This document shows, in pieces, positions 28,770-41,335 of a DNA stretch of 64,000 nucleotides. A program made the position numbers and the translations under genes. The notes under the pieces were generated by a model that was not told the DNA's origin, made no database searches, and worked only from the letters and a program-made list of their open reading frames with translations. Positions within the stretch are counted from its first letter, which is position 1. Each line of letters starts with the position of its first letter. Source of the stretch: the human T2T-CHM13v2.0 reference genome, Homo sapiens; assembly GCF_009914755.1 (NCBI RefSeq), contig NC_060940.1; one strand, 5' to 3'.

Positions 28770-29090
28770 AACAGCTTGATATCATGCAGAGCACCTAAAT
28801 TTTGGATGCCACTATGCTCTATCAAAGGAATCAGAGCTCCTCAGAGAATAGCTGACTCCATGTATTGGGTCATGAGAAAATCAAGATCCACTGGAACTTG
28901 TGGTTCCCAGAAAACAACAGTGCTTTCAAGAATGCCTGGGGGTAATGCTAAGGGGACCAAAGAGGACATTTAAAGGGACTCCCGCAGGTCATGCTGTGAC
29001 CATCTGAGCATCGACATGACAATATGAATTTTAATTAATTAGAACAAGTGCATCCCATAAAAGCTGAGAGTCCAGGATACTCAAAGAGAA
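28770..29090 (+). mobile_element. L1MC4/5-like 3' UTR fragment
   Basis: AAAGGAATCAGAGCTCCTCAGAGAATAGCTGACTCCA...TGGAAC...AAAGGGACTCCC...TCTGAGCATC resemble the L1MC 3' end. Confidence 0.55.
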
Positions 29091-29101
29091 ACAGTAAGGC
29101 T

Positions 29102-29483
<382 letters not shown>

Positions 29484-30107
29484 TTAAAGATTAGGATACT
29501 CTCTTTCTCCTGTGAAGTATGTGCTTCTTTATGAGGAAAGAATCAGCATTTTTCTTTTTGTGTGTTTGTAGGACAGAATGAATGCAGAGAATTCTAACCC
29601 AAATAGTTCCAGAAAAGTAGGAATATACCATGAAAGATGGCAGCAATAGTTTGAAGAGTGAGTCAGAAAACAAGTAGTTTGAGAACCGTTAGCCTATATT
29701 CTAATGACTTGAAAGTTTAGTGCATGGAGAAAAAATATTTAATGTAAAGTCATGTTTGCCTTTATAATTTCAAAGAATACTTAAAGCAGTATGGGAAATG
29801 CCTAAATGGACACATTCAGAACTCCTGAGGGAACGAGCAGAACACAGAGGGCAAGAGAACTTGGAATCAGAAATTCCACGTTCAAGCACCACGTTGCCTA
29901 TTCCTCAACTTTAAGAATGATCAATCCTGCCATATCTGCCTCCCAGGGTAAGTCTGAGGAACTCTCCCTGTGGTTTATGTTTGTTCAACTGTATTTGCAG
30001 GTCCATCTTTAAGATAGTTTGCCCATGAAGATAGCAAGGTACTTTTTATGACCCTATCTCAAAATCAGGACATATTCTGGTAAAGACACATAAATATTGG
30101 CTCAAAT

Positions 30108-30161
30108 GGATTTTGTTTTACCTGAATCAAAGGGATTTTGTTTTACCTGAATCAAAGGGAT
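30108..30161 (+). repeat. Perfect 25-bp tandem duplication
   Basis: GGATTTTGTTTTACCTGAATCAAAG twice, followed by GGAT. Confidence 0.97.
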
Positions 30162-30349
30162 GAAAATTTGCCCCAGAAATAGTTGACCAAGTACCAGGAG
30201 GTTTCAAAGGAAAAACTAGGAAGCTGACAGATTGAATGTTCAAAATGATTCCAACCCAAAATGCTCTATTACCCAGAACTTGACTCCAGAGATAATCCAA
30301 CCAACATGAACCTCTGTTTTCTATTTACTCAGAGCATAGTTGCTGCTCA

Positions 30350-30790
30350 ATACATCCATTCATGCAACAAGTGCCATATTCATGATCCCATGCCAGGCAC
30401 GTTCTATGTGCTTAAGATGCAGTTAGTGACAAAAGAGGCCAAAGTCCATGCCCTTGGTGACTGGGGACAGGCAAAGGTGGATGGCAATAAATAAGAATAT
30501 TAGATGAAGGAAGTAAAATAAGACTATGTCACTTAAAATGACTTGGTGGGTAGCATACTTTTGAAAGGCTTCTCAGAAGAGGTGACATTTTTGAGCTGAG
30601 ACACAAATGACAAGGAGCTGGCATTACAAAGAGCTGGGGAAAGAATTCCTTGCAGAAGAAAGAATCAATGGAAAAGCTCTGAGTTAGGAATGTGGCTGGC
30701 ATGTTATTAAAAAAAAAGAAGAAGAAGAAAAGAAGGCTTAAACAAAGTGAATGCCAAGAAGTGTTAAGATGTGAGCTTGCAGGGGAAGGA
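30350..30790 (-). mobile_element. L2 LINE 3' fragment
   Basis: CATCCATTCATGCAACAAG...ATGCCAGGCAC...AAGGCTTCTCAGAAGAGGTGACATTTTTGAGCTGAGAC. Confidence 0.8.
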
Positions 30791-31669
30791 AAGAGCTAGA
30801 GAACACGGTGTGAGTAACGTAAGCGAAAACAATAAATAATACCTTTCTTCACATCCAAAAGCTGATCAGATTTCTTTTTCCAATGCCAAAATACATGTAA
30901 GTACATAATGTCACGTTGCATACCACTGCGGTGGAACACAAGGAAAGAAGAGCTATAATGCAAACAAACAGCAACTGACTCTTTGGGGAGCTTAAGAAAA
31001 AAGAAGTCCAGGCACCAACACAAAAGGCTGAATAAATCACAACCTTACTCAAAGAACAATATTAAGGGCATAGGCTGTAGAAAAGGCAACTGGTTCAATG
31101 CTTCTCATGCCCTCTGAGAGCTATCACAATTAATGGCATCATCTTCCAAACAACAGGTAATACAATGTTACTTCTGTGTTATAGAAACATTTGGGTTATA
31201 ACTGGAGATGTATGGTATATTCATCACAAAGATGATAATCATTTCCTCTTTGTGTATTCAATGGACAGAAATCTCTAAGACTAGGCCTCTGCTTCCCAAA
31301 TATTCATGCAACTGGAACTGTTACAAGGGTAAAGGCATGAATTAAAATTATAGAAATCTAGATGAGATGGAAATTGAAAATACACTAAAACCTAAAGTCT
31401 CCTATAGTTAACATGGGATAATATATGCATAGTTCCTAACAGCGTACCTACAATCCTATAAGGGCTGAGTAAATGTTAGTTTGCTTTCCAAAGTAAAAGT
31501 GACCTGATTTTTCTGTGTTGCTCCCCCTTGAGATCTAAAGCTAAACCTCTACTGAATAAAAGCAGAGTGACTTACAATTGAGATAGGCCAATCTAAAACT
31601 GAAAAGTCTAAAATGTCAAACTTTTAAAATAAGGGGATGTTCACTGCTTATTTGACTCATTAAAAATAA

Positions 31670-31755
31670 AAATACCTAGTGATTGTGAATTTAAAACTGT
31701 AGACTTATGATTTGTGCATTTTATATATGTTATTCTTCAATTAGAAGTTCAAGAA
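31670..31755 (+). mobile_element. L1M terminal fragment
   Basis: AACTGTAGACTTATGATTTGTGCATTTTATATATGTTATTCTTCAAT is typical of the extreme 3' end of L1M. Confidence 0.55.
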
Positions 31756-32619
31756 ATAATAATGGGAGGCCTGTATTAAACCATTTATATAAAAGTTTCT
31801 CAACCATAATGGAAAGATCAAGATGTCTAGCATAATTTGAAAGTATGTTTCTATTTGACAGAAACCTTGGCTTGGAAAAGTTAAACTCTAAATATTTGTA
31901 CAGAAAGAAGTATTCTGGGTTTCATTCATTAAAAGTCATTGACCACTGCAGAAAAGGGAGAGCAAGAGATTTACATATATTTTTCTTGACGTTTTATATG
32001 CATTAGGCCTGGCAATGAACTTGAGGTAGGTATTACTATCTCCTTATTTCTAAGGGAATCAGAATACTGTAAACAAAGACATGGAGCTAAATAATGGAGT
32101 CAAATCCTGGCTTACTAGGCTCCACATCCATGTTGCTCCACTTATCAGACGGCCACCCAAACATACAAGTTTAACAAATTCCAAATTATTGGGGCCTAAA
32201 TAGACACTTTTTTGTTTCAATATTGCCCTTCTTCCCTTGTATTCTGAATATCATGTCAACCATGAATCATAAGCCAATGCTTACAAATTTAACTTCACAT
32301 TATGAGTTTTGAGCCCAACTGATGCCTAACCACTAAACCATTCATATAACACACTGAAAAGAAGCCATTTAAGAAATGAGAAAAATAGGTATTGTTTTCT
32401 CTGTATGGCTGTAAAAGCTGAGATAAGAACATTTTGGCAAGTTCAATAGAGCCGAAAGGCTTGTGAAGGCTATGGGAGGATGAGTATATTGGAAGAAGAT
32501 CAGTAGGTCAAGAATCTAAGAAGAGCTATTTATGTGGGAGACAGGAATTACCTTGAAGGAAGAGCAGAGCCCCAGAAGAAGAAAAACAGAATATAACAGC
32601 TAACTATAAAAGGACCCAG

Positions 32620-32928
<309 letters not shown>

Positions 32929-34617
32929 GGACCCAAGAGAATATAAGTCCCATGAAAACAGAGCTCGAGTCTGTCTTGTTTTGTCACATTACCTATTTGA
33001 TACTCAATATGTAATTTAATTTCTGAGTGAATAAATTAAGCAAATGAATAACTTAAAAGTATAGCTATGAATGTTAAAAAAAAAAAAAGAAAAAGAAAAA
33101 GAAAGAAAAAAGAAAAAATTAAGTGGGGAGAGGCATGCCTATGGCCTTGTCCTTGGTCCTGAATAACTGTTTGGCCAGATAGTATGGTTTCCTAACCCTA
33201 GCTCATGGTGTTCAAATTCTACTAGTTTTTCTTTGTTTGAACTTTCCATCTCCATGAAACTAAAAAGTATAATTTTTAAGCTGCAGAACAAATCATTCCA
33301 TGTCTTATTTTCTGAGGTTACATAGCTGGCTGCATGTACTTTCAACAATTCTATCATGCTTTGACACTTAGAAATATTTTCCCTACCAGCTTTGGGAAGC
33401 TGGGCGGTTTGTGTTTACCATCCTCTCCTGATGTTACGCTTTAGTTTAAAAATAACAGTCATTATCACTCAATTATTCAGTGATCAAGTGTAACACCAGG
33501 TGCAAACAAAAGTTCTGAGAACACTGGAACATGCTCTTGTTACTGCAAACGATTTAAGAGCTTTGAATTTATGAAGCCAGTGATCATGTTACTCTAAATT
33601 AGAAGCAGGTAAAACAGAAGAATGGCATAAGCTAAATTCCTTCTTTTCATTTCTTTACTTCCTTTTTCCTTTTAAGGATATCTATAGCAAACTATATTAG
33701 CTTTCTATTTTCTCCACTATTTGCACTAGCATTAATCAACATCCAAAAAGTGTACAAATTATTTTATCTTTATAATCAATCTTCTGAAATGCTAACTTGA
33801 AAATATAAACAGCACAATTACTTTTTTCTCTTTTCTTTCCCATTTGAAATGTGTGCTTGTGTGTGTGTGTGTGTGTGTATCTGAATCTGTACATATAAAT
33901 CAAATACACACACATATACTTGTTTTAAAAAAATCCTCAAAGAATCAATCACATATTACAGAACTGAAGGAATATTGGAGTTCATCTGGTCCAAAGTGTT
34001 GGTATTGTAAAATCACTTTCAAATTTCACAGTTATCCAAATGGTAATGAATATTAATACCTAAGAAAATCAATCAAAGATTAACATTAAGACATTAGATT
34101 TTAAAAATCATTGCATTTAATATTTTTTATCCATTTTCAAATTTCAGAAACTAGGTCTATATTGTCCTATAGATCTAACAAGCACTATAAAAGAAAAATT
34201 ACAAAGATTTCCCAATATACAGATAGACACATAAATGAAAACTTTTAATTGCAAGAGAAAGGGAACTGGATTCATCAGTTACATGCATTTAGAAAAATCT
34301 GTCTCATTCATCAGCAGCAATGAAGGAGAAAAGTTGGCAACAGAGCCAAGTATACTTACTTTCTAAGTAGCCAATAATTGGAGGCATTTAAAAATCTTTT
34401 TCACTAAAATATACATTTTTTGCTCAAACTCCAGATTTCTGACATTTCCTTATTCTACTGATAATGACTTCATGTGAGCAAAATGGAATGAAAGATTGAA
34501 AAAAATCAGATATATGCTACCCATAAAGGTTTATCAATATGATATATCTAAACATTTATGTACTTATTGGTTTAACTTAGTTGATATAAATGAATATGCA
34601 TATCATACACATCATGT

Positions 34618-34800
34618 GAACAGAAGAGCAGATCAGTGGCTGGGGGTAGGGGATTAACTGCAAAGGGGTACAAGGAAACTTGTGGTGATGGAAATGTTCT
34701 ATATTTATTATGTGGTGGTTGTTCACAACTGTACATGTTTGTCAAAACTTACCAATAGCACATTTAAAATTGGCAGATTTTATTGTATGTAACATATCTG
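34618..34800 (+). mobile_element. Old L1M (L1MC/MD-like) 3' end
   Basis: AGCAGATCAGTGGCTGGGGG...GGTGATGGAAATGTTCTATAT...TTTGTCAAAACT...ATTTTATTGTATGTAA. Confidence 0.85.
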
Positions 34801-37565
34801 ACTCCCCGACCAAAAAAACCAAAACTCTGTTATACCATGACACCTAAAAATAATTCCTACAGAGACTTACCTAGAACATCATGGACACTCAAATATTAAC
34901 CATGACCCAAGAAAACACTATAAAGTATGCATAAACAGTGATTCTCCTATAAAATCTACACACATACACAATATGTTAAGAAATGAGTACAAAAATTAGG
35001 GGAGCTACCATAATACATGGCAGAAACAGATTTCCTGCCCCCTGCCATAACTATCATTTACCAACATTCAATCGAATTTAAGAATTGGGGGAATTTCAGA
35101 GAGTATCCTAATTCACTTCCTAATTCACTTCCTCTAGATACCACCACTCAAAGATTCCCGTGGTTCCCAGAGCCTTCACTTGACATTCATACAACTTTGA
35201 CCAGGAAAGAAGGGTGCGCCACCTCCACCTGTGCCTCTGCCTCTATACTAGAAAGGATTAGGCAGAGAAAGAGATTCAAATACTGGAAGGAAAAGAAGGT
35301 ATTGGGAAGCCAGGATGGTTTGTTGGGGCAAAGTATTCTCTTGTCATACAGATGGCTCTCTTCTTGGTGGTGCCCCAGCCCACCCTCAAGGGTGTCTATA
35401 AGTAGGAGAAGAGAAAAGCACTAATGATGATTATAACATAATTAAATAATTTATGAAGGATAAAATATCAGAGTCATGAGAGCTCTGAAAGAATAGGTAG
35501 ACTACATGCATCTTACCTACACATTGAGTATTAAAAATCCTAGCTGCCCTCTGCAGTGATGCCCCACCCAGAAGACCAATCCATTGGAACTATTGCAATC
35601 TGATCAGATTAAACACACCAAGGTCACTCTGAAAGTATGGAGGAAAACACCAAATTAAGAACAAAATAATACTTTTAAAATATAAACCAGTTTAAAAGTA
35701 TCAAAAACGTTTCTATTTAGTCCATCTCTGATCTCTCTCCCAAACCTCTGACCGAAAGAGACACAGATTTTTGCTTCTAAAAACAAAGTATATTTTACCA
35801 ACAGGATAATATAAGTGCTTTCAATTTTATCTAATAAAAAGTAGGGCAAAGTGAAAAACAGGTGCCTCTACAGATGGAGTATACTAAATACATGTAACAC
35901 TTCTGATAATGTTGAACCACCCCCTCCCCTTTTGGAATTTGAAACATCCCGCATAAGATCTGCATTTTTCAAATATTGCTAAATATTTAGAGTCTAAAAA
36001 GATGAGATTCATTATTTTGCACAGTAACACATCTCCTAATAATATTTCAGGCCAGTTTTGAAGAACTGAAATTGATATCTTTTCCGTATATACTTAACCT
36101 CCTACAGATTTATTTGATTCTCAATAATTACTATTCTCTGGTAAAAGGCATATGTTATTACAGTACACTGCACTCCCACAAGCTGCCCATTCAGTGTATT
36201 TTAATAAATCTCTGCCAGAGCTGTATAAATTTGATCCTGTTTAAATTTAATAAGGATCAGAATATATCAAAGCACAAATACCCATGGGAGAAATAGATAT
36301 TTTGCATAGTTATTGAATGGCCTATTCAGGGATACAATATGTAAGACCCAGACCATCAACCTTGAATTAAAAAGAGAGATTAATGCGTTCAAAGCCGGCT
36401 ACTTGTTAAATAACATATGAAATTAGTATTTAATAAAACGTCTTCTCTATATTGTTGCTAATGGTATCCATCCTAGTACAGCTTTAATATCAATATTCTC
36501 ATACAGAATTCTAATATTTACAAGAATTGTCAGCAATGTATTTCTTAAATATCTACATTATCTTGATAAAATGCAACACTGTATGGAACAGAGATGAAGA
36601 ATACCTCATAGTAATTTGGAATTGTTGAGTTTAATGTTCATTTGAGTAATATAAATAAAAAGAACAACCACTTTGCTGGATATAGTTTTCACAGATTACA
36701 AGCCTGATGATCAATGAACTGCTTTCCCATTCTCTTCTGTAGCTGGATATGTTTCTGATTTGAATCGTATTTCAATAATCATTAATATCCTGTGGTTGAG
36801 CAAATCATTTCAATTTTTTCCAACCAAAATCTACACTTGAGTGTAAACACCAATGGCAATGATTAATGAGCCTGGATTTAGAGGCTGTTAGAAGATACAG
36901 GTAGCAAAATGTCAGGTATCAGGAAATCCTTCCTCATAGTAAGGACGACTCACAAGACAACTATTGCCAGGAAGATCAAAGGGAAATGGTATCATGCGAG
37001 GCATGTAGAACCAACCTGTTCTAGCGCTAAATGCACCAGACAGATGGATGGGCTAATCCGTCTTCAGTTATCTACAAATACTGCGGGGGCCACAAATTGT
37101 TTAAAGCCACTGAAACTGACATTCACTCATGCATGTTATATTTGAATCTACACCTCATTATTCCCAACCACTTTCATCTTATTCTTAAACTAGAAATGTA
37201 AGGGTTAGTGCATTCATCAGACAAACTGATAAAAGACACTATCTGGTTAGCCTGTCCAGATCCATTAGAAACCTCACCAGAAGATTAGGTCTTACTTTCA
37301 GATAGGTAGTTATCAGGTAATGAAGTCTCTCCTCAATGCGCCTGGCTCCCGAGTGAGGTTGGCACTTCATCCTCCACTACATCTTCTATGAGTATCTAAA
37401 TCCTCTCTACCCTCTTCTGACTCTTCTGTCCTCTGCTGGATGGGGTTCAGTGAGAGAAATGCATCCTAGCTGAGCAGACGAAAAAAAAAACAACATGGTT
37501 GGGCAATCAGCTATTTGTCACACTGAGAAGACATCACTTCTTACCAAGCAAGAAGTAGTAGAATG

Positions 37566-37900
37566 GGCTGGGCGCAGTCGCTCACACCTGTAATCCCAGC
37601 ACTTTGGGAGGCCAACACAGCAGGAGCTCTTGGGCCTGGGAGTTCAAGACCAACTTGGGCAATGTATTGAGAGCTTATCTCTACAAAAAAAAAATTAAAA
37701 AATTAGATGAGCAGGGTGGCACGCATCCACAGTCCCAGCTACTCAAGAGGTTGAGGTGGGAGGATTGCTTGAGCCTGGGAGGTCAAGGCTGCGGTGAGCA
37801 CAGTGAGCACTGGTCACACCACTGCACTCCAGCCTGCGTGACAGAGCAAGACTCTGTCTCAAAAACAAAAAAAAAAAAAAAAGAAGAAGAAGAAGGAGAA
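37566..37900 (+). mobile_element. Alu SINE (AluJ-type)
   Basis: GAGGTGGGAGGATTGCTTGAGCCTGGGAGGTCAAGGCTGC; A/(GAA)n tail. Confidence 0.96.
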
Positions 37901-38439
37901 GAAATAGTAGTAGATGAGCTACAAATACAATGCCCCAATGGCTGAAGGAAACTGAAGTATGGATGCAGATATGACATGTCCCATATATCTAATTTTATGA
38001 AATATGGGTATATAAAATCCAAACATAAAAATCAGATCCATAAGACTAATGAGTGTAGTTAAAATTTCCTGAAATAGTATTTCTAAATATATTTAAAAAC
38101 TAGCATTGGTTGAACACCTTCAGTTTTCCAATAAAATTGTGTAATTTATTATGCTATAATTTTTCTTTAAAACTTTTATTTTAAAAGCCCAGGCTTGGCA
38201 GCCTGGCCAAGACTAGCACCTTATCTTACACAAAATACAGTGCTCTGCCTCTTAACAAATATAGATGTAACCACTGCCAGCTGTTTACAACAAGCAAAAG
38301 CTGGGAAGCCCTATTAGGTGTTATGTTTGTTCTGCTCGTGTTAATAGACTCATGTTCAATGTCAGCTCTTCTTCCTAGATCAGTGTCTGCCAAATTTCAG
38401 TTATTTGTATATCACTTTCATGCATTTTGCCATTTAAAG

Positions 38440-38768
38440 CAGGTCCACACTCTTCCTTATCCAAAACCTTAGGGCCAGATGTATTTTACAGTTGAAAGTT
38501 TTCAAGATTAGGAAAGTAATATGGTGCATATTCCCTTATTACATAATACCTCTAGTGGTCTGAGGCAGCACCCCATAGTCAAACATGTGGACATTTTTGT
38601 AGCAAAATGTCTGAATATTCACATAAAGATAAATACAGGAAAAAAAAGTTTCATGTGAATTCAGGTCAAGTTTTGATGCAAATGTGTAACCCTAAACATT
38701 TTTTTTAATTTGTTTTTCAGAGCATTTAGAATTTGGAATTATGGCTAAGGTATAGTATTGTGAGCCTT
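38440..38768 (+). mobile_element. MER46C-like Tigger DNA transposon
   Basis: CAGGTCCACA...CCTTATCCAAAACCTTAGGGCCAGATGT...GGCAGCACCCC...TTCAGGTCAAGTTTTG...TTTTCAGAGC...ATTGTGAGCC. Confidence 0.85.
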
Positions 38769-39592
38769 TATTTTTCTTTAATTCATGCATTTGCATAAAA
38801 ATTAATATGCTTTTTTGTTAACAAAAGGACACTTTATTTCATACATGGAAAACTGGTATTCCTTTCTATAAATAGCACATAACTATCAAAATAAATACAA
38901 TAAATACAAAATAATCTATTTAATTCTAGCAAACCAAAGCTACAGAAGGGTTGTAACTGGGTCCTGTATGATCTCCTCCGTCTCTCCCTCTCTCTCTCTT
39001 CCCCTATAATGTGTCTCAATCTCTCTGCTAAAAAAGAGATTAGCAAGTATTAGGTGTTAAAGACATATTCGCACCAAACTGAGATTTTCTCACTGATGTA
39101 ATAAGAAAGCCTGAAAGGAAAATGGAAATGCTTTCTATGTAATTCAATATGGTTTAAAAACATATCCTTGTAGCTAAAAATCAAGCTACAGCCTACCAAT
39201 GGTAGAAGCCCAGTACCACCTGCCTAGCTTCCATCTATCCTATGCCAACCAGCACACCATGTTTGCTCATGTCCCTGGCCAGTTCTACCTTCTCTGCCAG
39301 ATATTTGGAAACATACAAGGGTTGTAGTATTCAGCTGGAAAAAAAAAAAGTTCAGTGGTATAAGACCACAGGGGTCCAGGAAGTGCTTCATTTTACATAA
39401 AGCCCATTTTACTTTATGCCCCTTAAATATGTTTTGCCTTTGTGCATGGCCATCTGTGCCGATGACACTGTTACCACTAGAGTACCTAAATATGAGTGCA
39501 GTGATCAACTGTGCGTACACAGCTTCAGTGGATGCAAGTATGATCTCTCCGATGATCCTGGGTCCCTTCAGAGGCCTTTGGATGGTTCTGAG

Positions 39593-39777
39593 CAGTAGAA
39601 CTCAAACTGTGATCCCAGGAAGGCAGCATCAGCATCACCTAGCAACTTGTTAGAAATGCAAATTCTTGGGCCCTACCCCAGACCTACTGAATCAGAAACT
39701 CTGGGTGTGGAGCGGCAACATGGATTCTAACAAGGCGTTCAGGTGACTCTCATGCTCAGTGAAGTTTGAAAAGCCTG
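39593..39777. mobile_element. MER5A hAT-Charlie element
   Basis: CAGCATCAGCATCACCTAGCAACTTGTTAGAAATGCAAATTCTTGGGCCCTACCCCAGACCTACTGAATCAGAAACTCTGGG. Confidence 0.92.
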
Positions 39778-40015
39778 TGGGTAACGAGCACAGTCTCTGG
39801 AACCTGCCTGTTGATTTGAAGGAATCCCAGATCAATCACCTCCTCACCTGAGACTTTGAACAAGTTATTTAATTTCAGCCATGCTTCCATTTCCGTTTCT
39901 GTTAACTGGGACATTAATAGTACTTACCTTATAGAGTCGTGGAGGATTAAATTTATTAATACAGATAGAGTACTTAGAATAGTTCCTGAAAATACTGCAC
40001 AAATATCAATAGTAT
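39778..40015 (+). mobile_element. MIR SINE
   Basis: GACTTTGAACAAGTTATTTAA...TAATAGTACTTACCTTATAGAGTCGTGGAGGATTAAAT...ACTTAGAATAG. Confidence 0.85.
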
Positions 40016-40165
40016 TCCATGTAAGCTACATAAAACCTTTACTTACAGCTAAATAATAGTATTTTCTCCAAATAATAAAGACAATTAATAACTACAAGCT
40101 TCATTTGATGCTCAGAATGAGGTTCATAGGCTTTGTCTCCTAATAAAGTGGAAGTGTGGAACTTC

Positions 40166-40465
40166 AGCAGAGACAGCCAAATGTCAGGCCACAGGCCAGA
40201 TGCAGACTTTAGACAGTTTCCAAATAGTGCTAACATTTAAAAATGTTAAAATATCACAGAAATCAAAATTTCTGGTTCCCCTTGAAAAATCAGGACCTCA
40301 GACAACACTACTCTAGGATTCCCTAGAGCTACTGGCAGGCAGAGTGGAGGAGCAACCACCTCCTTTGAAGAAGTCTCGTCTCTTGCAGTCTCACACAAAT
40401 GGGCAGTTCAGTTGCAGTCATGTACCATCTTCCTCACACCTATGACACAGGGGTTTGTGAGCCCT
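40166..40465. mobile_element. MER102-like hAT-Charlie element
   Basis: GCTAACATTTAAAAATG...TTTCTGGTTCCCCTTGAAAAATCAGGA...GACAACACT...GTTTGTGAGCCCTG. Confidence 0.6.
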
Positions 40466-40782
40466 GTCCTTCTGCAAACTCTAAGGCCTCTAAGTGTGTC
40501 CTCTGTGTGCAGGACAGGGTGACAGCTGTCCCACTGGGAAAGCAAGGGAGTTCCCAAGACACTGGTCTTTCATGCAACAACAGGGAGAGTCCCAGGAAAC
40601 CTGGGAAAAAATGGTCACCCTATCTGTGCAGATGGTTCCCAAGTCTACAATCCAAGTGTCTCTCCTATCTGGTCCCTGTTTCCAAGTACCATGAGAAGCA
40701 TTTTTTTGTTTGTTTGTTTTTTGTTTTTTGCGAATCCCACTTTTGCCTCAAAACACACTTTCCTTCACGTTTATCATGTGCT

Positions 40783-41335
40783 ATTCAAGCACTTCATGGA
40801 TGAAGGCCTCCTCTATAGCAGGCACAGTCCTGGACACTGGAGATGAAGCAACGAACAAAAGAGACAGAAATCTCTGCCTTCGCCAGGTTATGTTCTAGCA
40901 TGGAGGAGAGAGACAATGAATAAATAAGGCAGAGGGAATGTTGAATGGTAGTAAGTGCCTGGAGAAAACGGAAGCAAGGCAGGAGGACGGAGAGTATCAG
41001 GGAAAGCAATGAGGTGCCCATCAAAGTCCTCCCTGAGAAAAGGGACATCTGAGGAAAGACTTGAAGAGAATGAACAATTGAGCCATGCAAATATCTGATG
41101 CAACGGTATTTGGGGCAGAGGAAAACAGGACCTGGGCCTTGAGGTGGGCGTGTGCCAGGGGTTTCCAAGTGATCAAGAAGAGCGGGGTATGTGGTGGGAG
41201 GGAAGTCAGACAGGCCTTGATGAGGTCAAGGAAATAATGTCCACCACTGAGTTAAGACCAGGCTTTCCTCTGAATGAATCAGGGAGCCATTGGAGAGCTC
41301 CAAGCAGAGGAGTCACAGGGACCTAGCTTACTTAT
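40783..41335 (-). mobile_element. L2a LINE 3' fragment
   Basis: CAGGCACAGTCCTGGACACTGGAGATGAAGCAACGAACAAAAGAGACAGAAATCTCTGCC...GGGAGCCATTGGAGAG. Confidence 0.85.

Noticed and set aside
36700-36760. C/D-box-like TGATGA...CTGA
   Set aside because: The boxes are only about 55 nt apart, there is no terminal stem, and it is antisense to the inferred host.
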